A DNA stretch of 64,000 nucleotides from an uncultured Candidatus Rokubacteria bacterium (GTDB lineage: Bacteria > Methylomirabilota > Methylomirabilia > Rokubacteriales > CSP1-6). The DNA lies in NCBI GenBank assembly GCA_963747235.1, contig CAVVEU010000033.1:192001-256000 (forward strand). Reading direction: 5' to 3'. Positions 53,128 through 64,000 of the stretch are shown in pieces. The first letter of the stretch is position 1. The number at the start of each line of letters is the position of its first letter. The position numbers and the translations under genes were made by a program. The notes beneath the pieces were generated by a model. That model saw only the letters and a program-made list of their open reading frames with translations. It had not been told where the DNA came from and ran no database searches.

Positions 53128-54322
53128 ATGCGCACGCTGACTCAGATCGTCGGCCATCACCCTCATGAACCTGCGCAACCTGCCCTCGCGGGTCGGCACG
53201 TCGCTCGTGGTGGTCGTGGGCATCGCGGGCGTGGTCGGGGTGCTGGTGTCGGTGCTCGCGATGTCGGAGGGGTTTCGCCACACGCTGGCCAGCACCGGGC
53301 GCGGGGATCGCGTGATCATGCTGCGCGCCGGCTCCGACGCGGAGCTCTCGAGCGGCGTGGATCGCGACCAGGCCACGCTGCTGGCGGCGCTGCCCGGCGT
53401 GGCCCGCGACGCCGCCGGGCGCTCGCTCGCCTCCGCGGAGCTGGTGGTGATGGTGGACCTGCCACGCAAGGGCGAGAGCCATCCCAACAACGTGCCGTTT
53501 CGCGGCGTGCAGCGCGCCGCGTTCGACATCCGGGACGAGGCGCGGCTCGTCGAGGGGCGCCGCTTCGAGCCGGGCGTCCGCGAGGTCGTGGTGGGCCGCA
53601 AGGCGGCCGGCCAGTTCGCGGGCCTCTCGGTCGGCTCGCGCATCGGCTTCCGCGACAGCGACTGGACGGTGGTCGGCATCTTCGAGAGCGGCGGCGACGT
53701 GCACGAGTCGGAGATCTGGGCCGACGCCGAGGTGGCCATGTCCGCCTTCCGGCGCACCGGCTACCAGTCGGTGACGGCCCGGCTCGCCGATGGCTCGGAC
53801 GGAGGCCTCGCCGCCTTCCGCGACTCGGTCAGCCGCGATCGCCGGTTCTCGATCAGCGTGCTGCGCGAGCCCGAGTACTACGCCAAGCAGGCCAATGTGC
53901 TGGCGGGGCTCATCAACGTGCTGGGCTACACGGTGGCCACCTTCATGGCGGTGGGCGCCACCTTCGGCGCGCTCAACTGCATGTACTCGGCGATCGCGAG
54001 CCGCCAGGTGGAGATCGCGACCCTGCGCGCCATCGGCTTCGGCGGGACGCCGGTGGTGATCTCGGTGATGATCGAGGCCCTCGTGCTGTCGCTGCTGGGC
54101 GGGGCGGTGGGCGGCGGCCTGGCCTACGTCTACTGCGACGGCGCCTCGCTCTCCACGCTCAACTTCAACACGTTCTCGCAGGTGGCCTTCGACTTCCGCG
54201 TGACGCCGGGCCTGCTCCTCCGCGGGCTCACCTGGGCGCTGGTCATCGGCCTGGCCGGCGGGCTCCTGCCCGCGGTGCGCGCGGCCCGTATCCCGGTCAC
54301 CGAGGCGCTGCGGACCGGTTGA
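53128..54322 (+). CDS. ABC transporter permease (MacB/FtsX-like; frameshift near 53155)
   Basis: VVGIAGVVGV and RQVEIATLRAIGF motifs. Confidence 0.9.
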
Positions 54323-54388
54323 CTCGCTTGCCGCCCCCGGGCTAGCCTCGGGCGGTCAGGCAAGCCGACCAGCCCAGGAGGCCTCCCC

Positions 54389-56076
54389 GTGCACGATCTC
54401 GTCATCGACAACGCGCGTCTCATCGACGGTCTCGGCACGCCCGCGCGTGACGGCAGCCTCGCGGTCACGGACGGCCGCATCGCCGCGATCGGCGGCGACC
54501 TCGGCCCCGCGCGCGAGCGGGTGGACGCGGGCGGCCTCGTGCTCGCCCCCGGCATCGTGGACCTGCACACCCACTACGACGCCCAGCTCACCTGGGATCC
54601 CTTCGCGACGCCCTCGACCTCGCTCGGGGTGACCACGGTGGTGATCGGCAACTGCGGCTTCACGATCGCCCCGTGCCGCCCGGCCAACCGCGATCTCGTC
54701 GTGCGCAACCTCACCCACGTCGAGGGCATGTCGCTCGAGGCCATGCGCGCGGGCATCCAGTGGGACTTCGAGAGCTATCCCGAGTACCTGGCCTCGCTCG
54801 AGCGCCGCGGGCTCGTGCCCAACGTGGCCTCGTTCGTCGGCCACTCCTCGGTGCGCACCTACGTGCTCGGCGAGGAGGCCAGCCGGCGGAAGGCCACCGA
54901 CGCGGAGATCGCGGAGATGCGGCGGATCGTGGTGGAGGCGCTGCGGGCCGGCGCGATCGGCTTCGCCACCTCCACGCTCGAGCAGCACAACGGCGAGCAC
55001 GGCATCCCGATGCCCTCGCGGCTGGCCGACGAGCGCGAGATGGCCGCGCTCACCGGCGCGCTCGGCGAGGTCGGCCGCGGCGTGTTCATGCTGACCAAGG
55101 GCATGACCTCGACAGTTCCCTGGCTCGAGGGCATCGCGGCGGCCACCCGCCGGCCGGTGATGATCGCGGCCATGTTCGTGGACCCGGGCGATCCGACCCG
55201 CGTCTTCCGCGAGCTGGGCGAGATCGAGGCCGCGCGCAGCCGGGGGCGCGAGCTGTGGGCGCAGGTGGGGTGCTTCCCGCTCGGCATGGAGTTCACCCTC
55301 CGCCACCCCTACCCGCTCGAGGCCTTCATCGCCTGGCGGCCCGCCATCGAGGCCGCCGAGGAGGCGCGCTACCGCGCGGTGCTGGCGGACCCGTCGTTCC
55401 GCGCCGCGCTCAAGAAGGAGATCGGCCAGCCCGGCGTGCCGAACCGCTTCAGCGACAAGAACTGGGATCACCTGACGATCGCGGAGGTGCAGCGCCCCGA
55501 GCACCGGGATCTGGAGGGCCAGACCATCGGCGCGCTGGCCCGCGAGCGCGGCCAGCATCCGTGGGACACCTTCCTCGACTTCGGCCTCGACGGCGAGCTC
55601 GACGCCATGTTCGACTGCCGTCTCTTCAACATCGACGAGACCGAGGTGAAGCGGCTGCTGCGCCACCCCCACGCCGCGGTGGCCCTGTCCGACGCGGGCG
55701 CCCATCTCTCGTTCCTCTGCGACGCGGGCTTCGGCCTGCACCTCTACGGGCACTGGGCGCGCGAGCGCGGCGATCTCACCCTCGAGCAGGCGGTGCGGGC
55801 GGTGACCAGCGCGGTGGCCGACGCCTACCGCATCCAGGACCGCGGCCGGCTCCAGGCCCGGCGCCTGGGCCGACCTCATGCTGTTCGACCCGAAGACGGT
55901 CGGCCGGGGCGGCAAGCGCCGCGTGAACGACCTGCCCACCGGGGCCAGCCGGCTGGACACGCCGGCCGTCGGCCTCCACGGGGTGTGGGTGAACGGGGTC
56001 CGGACCGCGAACGAGCGCGGCGTGATCCCCGGAGTGCGGCCGGCCGGGCCGGCTCCTGCGGGATTTCCCCGGCTAG
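54389..56076 (+). CDS. N-acyl-D-amino-acid deacylase family amidohydrolase (3' frameshifts)
   Basis: PGIVDLHTHYDAQ, GNCGFTIAP, SDAGAH and DLPTGASRL motifs. Confidence 0.85.
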
Positions 56077-56113
56077 GAGCCTCCGCGGCCCCCGGCGGAA
56101 CCCGCCGGAAATT

Positions 56114-56148
56114 AGGGTTGACAACCCTTCTTCATTAGGTTTACCTAA
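56114..56148 (+). promoter_or_regulatory. Promoter/operator of the iron uptake operon (DtxR/SirR-like box)
   Basis: TTGACA at 56118 inside palindrome AGGGTTG-A-CAACCCT; second palindrome TTAGGT-TT-ACCTAA at 56135-56148. Confidence 0.6.
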
Positions 56149-56285
56149 GTCCCGCCCCGGTCGTGGACCGGGGCCGGCCGGTTCCCGAGCGCGAGGACCC
56201 CGCCGAAACGATTCGCTAGCCAGCCTCCGGTTTCGCGACCCAAGCTAGCCAGCCCGGTCAGCCCACTTCTCCCGGGAGGCATCGC

Positions 56286-58458
56286 ATGGGTCGCCGTCGA
56301 GCATTCGTCAGGAACATCAAGCGCGCCAGTCGGCGCGGGGTCCCGTTCATGGGTCTGGCGCTCGCCGCCACCTCGGCGTGGGCACAGACGCCGCCCGCCG
56401 ATACCAAAGGACGGCAAGGACGACGTCTCGCTGCCCGGCGTGGACGTCCGAGGCCAGCGCAACCAGTTCAAGATCGAGGAGCCGAGCCTCTACAAGCTGC
56501 CCGACTCGATCAAGGACACCCCGCAGTCCATCACCGTGCTGCCCGAGCAGATGCTCGAGGAGCGCGCGCTCTTCACGCTCCGCGACGCGCTGCGCACCGT
56601 GCCCGGCATCAGCCTGGCCGCGGGCGAGGGCGGCGGCCGGCAGGGCGACAACCTCACGCTGCGCGGCTTCCCCGCCGGCAACGACATCTACATCGACGGG
56701 GTGCGCGACCTCGGCCAGTACGGGCGCGACACGTTCAACCTGGAGTCGGTCGAGGTGCTCAAGGGCCCGTCCGCGGTCCTGTTCGGCCGCGGCTCCACCG
56801 GCGGCATCATCAACCAGGTCAGCAAGTCGCCGAAGCTCACCCCGTTCTACGAGCTCAGCGGCACGGTGGGGAACGGCCCGCAGGGGCGGGTCGCGGTGGA
56901 CGTCAACCAGCCGATCGGGGGCTCGGGCGCCCTGCGCCTCAACCTGATGGGCTTCAAGGGCGAGACGCCGGGCCGGGACTTCATCGAGCAGCAGCGCCTC
57001 GGCGCGGCGCCGTCCGTCGGCATCGGCCTCAACGGCCCCACCCGCTTCATCGTGAGCTACTTCTACCTGAACGACGACAACATGCCGGACTACGGCTTCC
57101 CGTATCTCAACGGCAAGCCGGCGCCGGTGGGCCGGGCGGTGCGGACGGAGAACTTCTACGGCATCCCCGACCGGGACTACGAGCACGACGACGTCCACAT
57201 CGGCACCCTGCGCTTCGAGCACGACTTCAACGAGAACGTGCGCCTGCGGAACACGCTGCGCCTGGCCATGATCGACCGGGGCTCGCTGGTGTCCATCCCG
57301 GCCATCGTGGGCACCCCGGCCCCGGGCACCCCGCTCGCCGCGATCCAGGTGTCGCGCACCGGCACCCAGCGGAGCCAGCAGGACACGAGCGTCATCAACA
57401 CCACCGACGTGGTGGTGAAGTTCAACACGTGGAAGTTCAAGCACACCCTGGTCGCGGGCGTCGAGGCCTCCCAGGAGACGTCCGACATCCAGCGCTACAC
57501 CTTCACCGGCGTCCCGAACGCCAGCCTCATCAACCCGGACAACGATCCGAACCTGGCGGGCATGGGGCGGGTCAAGAACTTCAACGGCTCCTCGTCGGCG
57601 ACCGCGGTCGGCGTCTACGCGGTGGACGAGATGGCCATCACCGACCAGTGGAAGATCATGGGCGGCCTGCGCTACGACCTCTTCGACGCCCACTTCCGCA
57701 ACCGCTTCGCGGCCCAGAAGTTCTCGCGGACCGACGAGGCGCTGAGCCCGCGCGCCGCGCTGATCTTCCTGCCCACCAAGGAGCAGACCTACTACTTCTC
57801 CTACGGCACCGCGTTCAACCCCTCCGCGGAGGCCCTCGTGCTCGCGCTCAACAACGCGGGCACCGAGCCCGAGAAGAACGAGACCTTCGAGCTGGGCGCC
57901 AAGTTCGACCTCTTCAACGGCGCCCTCGGACTGCGCGGCGCGGTGTTCCAGATCAACAAGACCAATGCCCGCACCACCGATCCGGTGCTGGGCATCCAGG
58001 TCACCGACGGCCGGCAGCGGGTGCGCGGCTTCGAGATCGAGGCGGTGGGCCAGATCATGCGCGGCTGGAACATCTTCCTCGGCTACGCCTACCTCGACTC
58101 CCGCGTCACCGAGTCGTTCGACCTCCAGGTCGGCATCCCGGTCGAGGGCAAGCGCATCGCCAACGTGCCCGAGCACTCGGCGAGCCTGTGGACCACCTAC
58201 GACATCACGAGCCAGTGGCAGGTGGGCGGCGGCGCCTTCTTCGTGGACAAGCGCTTCGCCAACAACAACAACGTCAACGAGGTGCCCTCCTACGTGCGCG
58301 GCGACGTCTCGATCGCCTACCGCCCGATCAAGCCCCTCGAGCTGCGCTTCAACATCCTGAACATCGCCGATACGACCTACTACGACGCGGTGCACCCCGG
58401 CCACGTGATCCCCGGCGCGGCCCGCACCTTCCTCATGACCGGCACCTGGAGGTTCTAG
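56286..58458 (+). CDS. TonB-dependent siderophore receptor (Fiu/PiuA-like; frameshift near 56405)
   Basis: [35 protein letters not shown] and C-terminal WRF. Confidence 0.9.
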
Positions 58459-58468
58459 ACCCCGCGCC

Positions 58469-59149
58469 ATGCTCCTCCACGTCCCCAAGGTCTTGACCGA
58501 GACGCAGGTGGCGCGCTGCCGCGCGCTGCTGGACGACGCCAAGTGGGTGGACGGCCGGATGACGGCCGGCCACCTCTCCGCGAAGGCCAAGCACAACCTG
58601 CAGGTCGCCGAGGGGACGCCGGAGGCGCGGGAGATGGGCGAGGTCATCGTGACCGCGCTCGAGCGCAACCCGCTGTTCATGTCCGCCGCGCTGCCCCTGC
58701 GCGTCTTCCCGCCGCTCTTCAACCGCTACGAGCCCGGCATGGCCTTCGGGGCCCACGTGGACAACGCGATCCGGCAGGTCGCGGGCAGTCCGCTCCGGGT
58801 GCGCACCGATCTCTCGGCCACGCTCTTCCTGACCCCGCCCGAGGCGTACGACGGGGGCGAGCTGGTGGTGGACGACACCTACGGCGCGCACTCGGTCAAG
58901 CTCCCCGCCGGCGACATGATCCTCTACCCGGCCACGAGCCTGCACCGGGTCATCCCGGTGACGCGGGGCGCGCGTCTGGCCTCGATCTTCTGGGTCCAGA
59001 GCATGGTGCGCGACGACGGGGAGCGCTCGCTGCTCTTCGATCTCGACATGGCCATCAGCCAGGTGAGCGAGGCGACCCCGGACAACCCCGGCGTGGTCGC
59101 GCTCACGAGCTGCTATCACAACCTGCTGCGCCGCTGGGCGGACGCCTGA
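58469..59149 (+). CDS. piuC: PKHD-type Fe(II)/2OG hydroxylase
   Basis: [36 protein letters not shown] and YHNLLRRW motifs. Confidence 0.9.
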   Translation: MLLHVPKVLTETQVARCRALLDDAKWVDGRMTAGHLSAKAKHNLQVAEGTPEAREMGEVIVTALERNPLFMSAALPLRVFPPLFNRYEPGMAFGAHVDNAIRQVAGSPLRVRTDLSATLFLTPPEAYDGGELVVDDTYGAHSVKLPAGDMILYPATSLHRVIPVTRGARLASIFWVQSMVRDDGERSLLFDLDMAISQVSEATPDNPGVVALTSCYHNLLRRWADA

Positions 59150-59162
59150 GGAGCCGGTCACG

Positions 59163-59897
59163 ATGATGCGCGCGGGACTCGCGGGCTGGCCGCTCTGGAT
59201 CTCCGTCGGCGTGCACGTGGTCGGACTCGCCACCGCGTCGTCCGTCGTCGCGCTCGCGCGCCACGAGCCCGAGCGCGTGCTCGTGCCGGTCGAGCTGGTG
59301 CGGGTGGAGCCGCCGCCGCCCGAGCCGCCGAAGCCCCCGCGCGTGATCCCGCGGACGAGCCCGGTGGTCCGATCCGCCCCGATCACCCAGACCCTGATGC
59401 AGCCGGATCCGGTGCCCCAGCCGGTCCGGCCCGAGCCCGTCCCGACCGCGCCCGATCGCCGCTACATGGCCTCGGCCAACGTGCCCGGCCCCGCGCTGGC
59501 GATCCCCGGCGACGCCGGCGCGGGCGGACTCCTGCTCCCCGCGCCCGAGATCCCGGGCGCCGCGCCGGGAGCCCGCGTCGGCACCGGCGTGGCGCGCGGC
59601 ACCGCCGAGGGCGTCACGTCGTTCGCGCGCCCGCTCGGCGGCTATCAGACCACCCCCCACTACCCGGAGAGCGCGCGACGCGAAGGCGCCGAGGGCGTCG
59701 TGACGCTCCGATTCGAAGTGCTCACGAGCGGCAAGGTCGGCACGGTGCAGGTCCAGCGCTCCGCCGGGCGACCGGATCTGGACCGGGCCGCCACGGAGGC
59801 TATCAGGACATGGCTGTTCGAGCCCGCTCGTCGAGGAAAGGAGGCCGTCGCCGTATGGGTCATCTTGCCGGTTCGCTTCGAGCTGAACGCCCGTTGA
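59163..59897 (+). CDS. tonB: TonB family energy transducer
   Basis: N-terminal TM with SxxxH, Pro-rich linker, YPESARREG.EG.V and W.FEPA. Confidence 0.8.
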   Translation: MMRAGLAGWPLWISVGVHVVGLATASSVVALARHEPERVLVPVELVRVEPPPPEPPKPPRVIPRTSPVVRSAPITQTLMQPDPVPQPVRPEPVPTAPDRRYMASANVPGPALAIPGDAGAGGLLLPAPEIPGAAPGARVGTGVARGTAEGVTSFARPLGGYQTTPHYPESARREGAEGVVTLRFEVLTSGKVGTVQVQRSAGRPDLDRAATEAIRTWLFEPARRGKEAVAVWVILPVRFELNAR

Positions 59898-60731
59898 GCC
59901 GCCGTCCCCGCGGTCATCACTGGACGGCCGTCGGGCTCGCCTTCTGCGCCATCGCCACCGCGGGCACCGCGGGGGCCCAGGGCATCTGGGACGATCCCGC
60001 CTTCGCGCTCTACCGCCAGGCCGTCGAGGCCATGGACCGGAAGGACTACGCGAAGGCGAGCGAGCTCTCCGGGCAGGCCATCGCCCAGCAGCCCACGCAC
60101 GTGCTCGCCCACTACCTGCGCGGGCAGGCCGCGATGTTCCAGTCGCGGTGGGAGGACGCGGCGGCCGCGTTCGGGAAGGCGGTGGAGCTCTACCCGGGCT
60201 CGTTCGCGGCCCAGCGGGACCTGGGCGGCGCGCTACGAGCAGCTCAATCGCGTGGACGACGCCGCGCGCGCCTACGAGGCGGCCCTCGCCCTGCGCGACC
60301 AGGACGATCTGCGGCTCCGCCTGGCCTTCATGCTGCTGAAGGCGAACCAGCAGCCGCGCGCGCTCACGCATCTCCAGACGCTGGCCGATCGCGACACCAA
60401 GACGCCGGAGGTCTGGAGCACGCTCGGGCGCCTGGCCTACGAGAAGAACGATCTCCCCGGCGCCGAGAAGGCCTTCACCCGCGCCGCCACGCTCCGCGAC
60501 GAGGGCCGCGCGTGGTTCAACGTGGGCGTGGTGCGCACGCGGCTGAACGATCTCCCGGGGGCGCTCCAGGCCTACGAGAAGGCCGCGCAGCACAGCGAGA
60601 CGCGCGAGCCCGCGCAGAAGGAAGTGGCGAAGGTGCGTGAGGCCATGAAGGGCCCGAGCACCGGCACCGCGCCCGACCGGGCGATGCCGGGCAGCGCCCC
60701 GGGCCAGCCGGTCCCGACCCGCCGCTACTAG
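59894..60731 (+). CDS. Secreted tetratricopeptide repeat protein (frameshift near 60230)
   Basis: Signal peptide; repeated TPR-like helices (AHYLRGQA, WSTLGRL, AWFNVGV). Confidence 0.75.
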
Positions 60732-60738
60732 CGCGATC

Positions 60739-61941
60739 ATGTCGCTGCGCACGCTGCTCTTCTGGCTGCACCTGCTGGTCGGGGTGACCGCGGGCGCGGT
60801 GATCCTGTTCATGTCGGTCACCGGCGTGATCCTGGCCTTCGAGCCGCAGATCACCGACTGGCTCGAGCGGGATCGCCGGATCATCACGCCGCCGCCCGAC
60901 GCGCGCCCGCTCTCCGCGGAGGCCATCCTCGCCAAGGCGCGCGAGGCCCGGCCGGACGTGCGCCCCACCGCGCTCACGCTGCGCGCCGACCCGAGCGCGT
61001 CGGCGGTGGTGAGCTTCGGCCGCGAGGGCGGCGCGCTCTTCGTGGACCAGTACCGCGGCGTGGTGCTGGGCGGCCTCTCGCCGGTGCACGACGCGCTCCA
61101 CGAGGTGGTCGAGTGGCATCGCTGGCTCGGCTCGCGCGACAACCTCCGGCCGGTCACGGGCGCGGCCAACCTGGGCTTCCTCGGGCTCGTCGTGCTCGGC
61201 GTCTACCTCTGGTGGCCGCGCCGGTGGACGCGCGAGACGGTGCGGGCCGTCACGCTGTTCCGGGGGGGCCTCGGCGGCCGCGCGCGCGACTTCAACTGGC
61301 ACAACGTGATCGGCATCTGGTGCGCGCCCGTGCTCCTGGTCCTGACGCTCACCGGCGCGATCATGTCCTACCAGTGGGCCAACAACCTCCTCTACACCCT
61401 GACCGGCAACGAGCCCCCTCCGCCGCCGCCGGCCCCCGCCGCGGGCGCGCAGGCCGCCCGCGAGGGCCAGCGACGCCAGCGCCCGCCCGCGGCCGAGACC
61501 GGGCGCGCGGCCGCGGGGCTCGACGCGCTCTGGGCCCGCGCCGAGCGCCAGGTCCCGGGCTGGATCGCCATCAATGCCCGGCTGCCGCAGCGGCCCGATG
61601 CGCCGGTGACCTTCTTCATCCAGGAGCCGGTCGGCTGGCATCCTTCTCCGCGCTCGCAGCTCGTGCTCGACCCGGTCACCGCGGACGTGGTCAAGTGGGA
61701 GCCCTTCGCGGGGCAGAACATGGGTCGCCGGCTGCGGGCCTGGGTGCGCCCCCTCCATACCGGCGAGGCGGGCGGGCTCGTCGGCCAGACGATCGCCTTC
61801 CTGGCGTCCGCCGGCGGCGCGATGCTGGTCTGGACCGGGATCGCGCTGGCCTGGCGGCGCTTCAGGAGCTGGCGCCGCCGCGCCGGGTCGAGCGAGGCTA
61901 TCCTGGCTCCCGAGGCCCGCCAAGAAGTGTCAGCAGACTGA
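60739..61941 (+). CDS. PepSY-associated TM helix protein (PiuB-like)
   Basis: WLHLLVG, SVTG, WHRWL, GVYLWWPR, WHNVIG and LHTG heme-ligand His pattern. Confidence 0.9.
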   Translation: MSLRTLLFWLHLLVGVTAGAVILFMSVTGVILAFEPQITDWLERDRRIITPPPDARPLSAEAILAKAREARPDVRPTALTLRADPSASAVVSFGREGGALFVDQYRGVVLGGLSPVHDALHEVVEWHRWLGSRDNLRPVTGAANLGFLGLVVLGVYLWWPRRWTRETVRAVTLFRGGLGGRARDFNWHNVIGIWCAPVLLVLTLTGAIMSYQWANNLLYTLTGNEPPPPPPAPAAGAQAAREGQRRQRPPAAETGRAAAGLDALWARAERQVPGWIAINARLPQRPDAPVTFFIQEPVGWHPSPRSQLVLDPVTADVVKWEPFAGQNMGRRLRAWVRPLHTGEAGGLVGQTIAFLASAGGAMLVWTGIALAWRRFRSWRRRAGSSEAILAPEARQEVSAD

Positions 61942-62082
61942 CACACCCCGCCAGAGTCGTCGGCGCAGTGCGCCGTTCCTTCCTGACTTTTCAGTAACTT
62001 GGCCTGAAATCCTACTGGCAATCCGCTTGCACACTCCTCCCCTCGTCCGGGCTCGCCCGGAGAGACCGAGAGGAGGCAGGCA

Positions 62083-62586
62083 ATGGGTGGAGTTACCGTC
62101 GCGAAACGGCTGGAGCGGCTGGTCCGGTTCGTTCCCGGAGTCGCGGGCTATCAGGACCGGGAAAATGCCCGGGCCACCGACAAGCAGGTCCGGATGCGGC
62201 TCGTCGGCGAGATCCAGCGGCTCATCCAGAGCCTCGAGGAGGACAAGGAGCGCATCGCCGGCTCCGGCGATCTCTCCTCCCTGCCGCGCCTCGACCGGCT
62301 CGCGGGACGCCTCGAGCGCCTCGGCCGCACCGTGGAGTTCGCGGGCCGTGGCTACGCGGGCCTCTTCGATCTCCACACGGTGGACGGCGACACGCTGGAA
62401 CAGCTCTACGCCTTCGACCTCGGGCTCTTCGACGCGCTGAGCGCGGTACGGGCCAAGGCGGAAGCGGTGCGCGCCGCGCTCCCCGATCCGGAGGCGCTCC
62501 GGAGCGCGGCCGAGCACATGCGGGAAGCGCTGGACGACTTCGGGGAGCTCTTCGACCAGCGCCGGCGCATCGTCGACGCGGACTAG
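62083..62586 (+). CDS. Conserved helical hypothetical protein
   Basis: Clean ORF with GGAGG RBS; PG..GY..RE..R..DK..R and GYAGLFD..LY.FD patterns. Confidence 0.7.
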   Translation: MGGVTVAKRLERLVRFVPGVAGYQDRENARATDKQVRMRLVGEIQRLIQSLEEDKERIAGSGDLSSLPRLDRLAGRLERLGRTVEFAGRGYAGLFDLHTVDGDTLEQLYAFDLGLFDALSAVRAKAEAVRAALPDPEALRSAAEHMREALDDFGELFDQRRRIVDAD

Positions 62587-62600
62587 GACGGACCAACGCC

Positions 62601-63657
62601 ATGTCACCGATCATGATGGAAGTCATCGAGTGGTTCGACAAGACCGGCACCGCCATCGTGCAGCGCTACCCGGAGGACGGCTCGGGCGACATCAAGATGG
62701 GCGCGCAGCTCATCGTGCGCGAGAACCAGGCCGCGGTGTTCTTCCGCGACGGCCAGGCGCTCGACGCGTTCGGGCCCGGCCGCCACACGCTCTCCACCCA
62801 GAACCTGCCGATCCTGACCCGGCTCCTCTCGCTGCCGTGGGGCTTCCAGAGCCCGTTCCGCGCCGAGGTGTACTTCGTCAACCTGAAGGTCTTCACCAAC
62901 ATGCGCTGGGGCACGCGCGATCCGGTGGCCTTCAAGGACAGCCAGCTCGGCCTGATCCGCCTGCGCGCCTTCGGCAGCTTCACCATGCGGGTCACCCAGC
63001 CGCTCCTCTTCGTCAACAGCCTGGTGGGCACGCAGGGCAGCTACACCACGGATCAGATCGAGGACTATCTCCGGGAAGTCATCGTGGCCCGGCTGAACGA
63101 CTTCCTCGGCGAGACCGTGCAGAGCCTGCTCGAGCTGCCGCGGCAGTACGACGAGATGGCGGTGGCGCTCAAGACCCGCCTGGTCGACGAGTTCCGCAAG
63201 TACGGCACCGAGATGGTGGACTTCTACATCAACCGCATCACGCCGCCCGAGGACGTCGAGCGGATGATCGACGAGCGCTCGAGCATGGGCGCGGTCGGCG
63301 ATCTCGATCGCTTCCTCAAGTTCAAGGCGGCCAAGGCCATGGGCGACGCGGCCCAGGGCCACGGGGGCGGGCTGGACGGCGGCGCCGCCGCCGGGGTGGG
63401 CGTGGGCGTCGGCGCGGGGCTCGGCATGATGATGCCGGGCATGCTCGCGAAGAGCCTCGGGCGCCGATCCCGCGGGCGCCGCGGTGGCGACCGTGAGCTG
63501 CCCGGGCTGCCAGTCGGCGGTCGCGGCGGACAGCCGCTTCTGCCCGCGCTGCGGCCGCCAGATCGCGACCGCCACGCGGTGCGCGCGCTGCCAGGCCGAG
63601 CTGCCGGCCGGCGCGCGGTTCTGCTCGGCCTGCGGCCAGGCGGTGCCCGGCGCCTAG
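62601..63657 (+). CDS. SPFH/band-7 (YdjI-like) protein with C-terminal double zinc ribbon (frameshift near 63470)
   Basis: QLIVRENQAAVF, GPGRHTL, AEVYFVN and WGT motifs, then CPGC..FCPRCG..CARC..FCSACG. Confidence 0.85.
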
Positions 63658-63699
63658 CGCCGGCGCTCCGCCCCGCACGCCTTCTTCGACGACGTCTCC

Positions 63700-64000
63700 A
63701 TGAGCCAGGTCGTCGTCTCGACCGAGTGCCCCACCTGCAGCGGCCCCCTCGATTTCTCCGAGGGGGCCAATGCCATCCGCTGTCCGAGCTGCGGCTCGAA
63801 TCTGCTCGTCACCGGCCGCAAGCAGGTGCTGAGCTACTGGGTCGCCCCGAAGGTCGAAGGCCGAGGTCGCGGGCGCCGTCGCCCGCACCGGCCGCCTCGA
63901 GGCGCGCGTGGCGGGCGCCCGGCTCTTCTTCGTGCCCTTCTACCGCCTGACCGGCCACGACTTCCAGTGGCTGGACGTGCCGCCCAAGCCCGAGCCGGAG
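63700..64000 (+). CDS. Zn-ribbon protein (3' truncated)
   Basis: ECPTCSGPL..IRCPSCGS, then LFFVPFY after a frameshift. Confidence 0.6.
   Translation, partial: MSQVVVSTECPTCSGPLDFSEGANAIRCPSCGSNLLVTGRKQVLSYWVAPKVEGRGRGRRRPHRPPRGARGGRPALLRALLPPDRPRLPVAGRAAQARAG

Overview
High-GC bacterial genomic DNA. The gene repertoire and intergenic palindromes suggest Candidatus Rokubacteria/Methylomirabilota, but that assignment is inference. Many conserved genes carry single-base frameshifts, most likely long-read assembly errors, so gene limits below are reconstructed across frames. Most of the window is catabolic/redox housekeeping: enolases, SDRs, amidohydrolases, a thiolase, a CoxMSL-type molybdo-enzyme, ABC transporters and a TonB-dependent iron uptake operon. 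Features not shown by the ORF track: (1) two probable selenoproteins (UGSC motif at 15815-16342; CxxU AhpD-like at 31449-31991), each with an in-frame UGA followed by a similarly placed GNA-triloop SECIS-like hairpin. (2) A minus-strand integron cassette array at about 41.3-45.0 kb with two full attC sites, three consecutive 18-19 bp collapsed attC sites, one degenerate site and an attI-like site with direct repeats, but no integrase gene in the window. (3) A FecR/OmpA/CHASE2-PP2C/MBL/STAS signalling cluster whose likely RsbW-type kinase lies on the far side of the array. (4) A DtxR/SirR-like operator upstream of the TonB-dependent receptor. (5) Three families of palindromic repeats, one copy lying inside a coding sequence.
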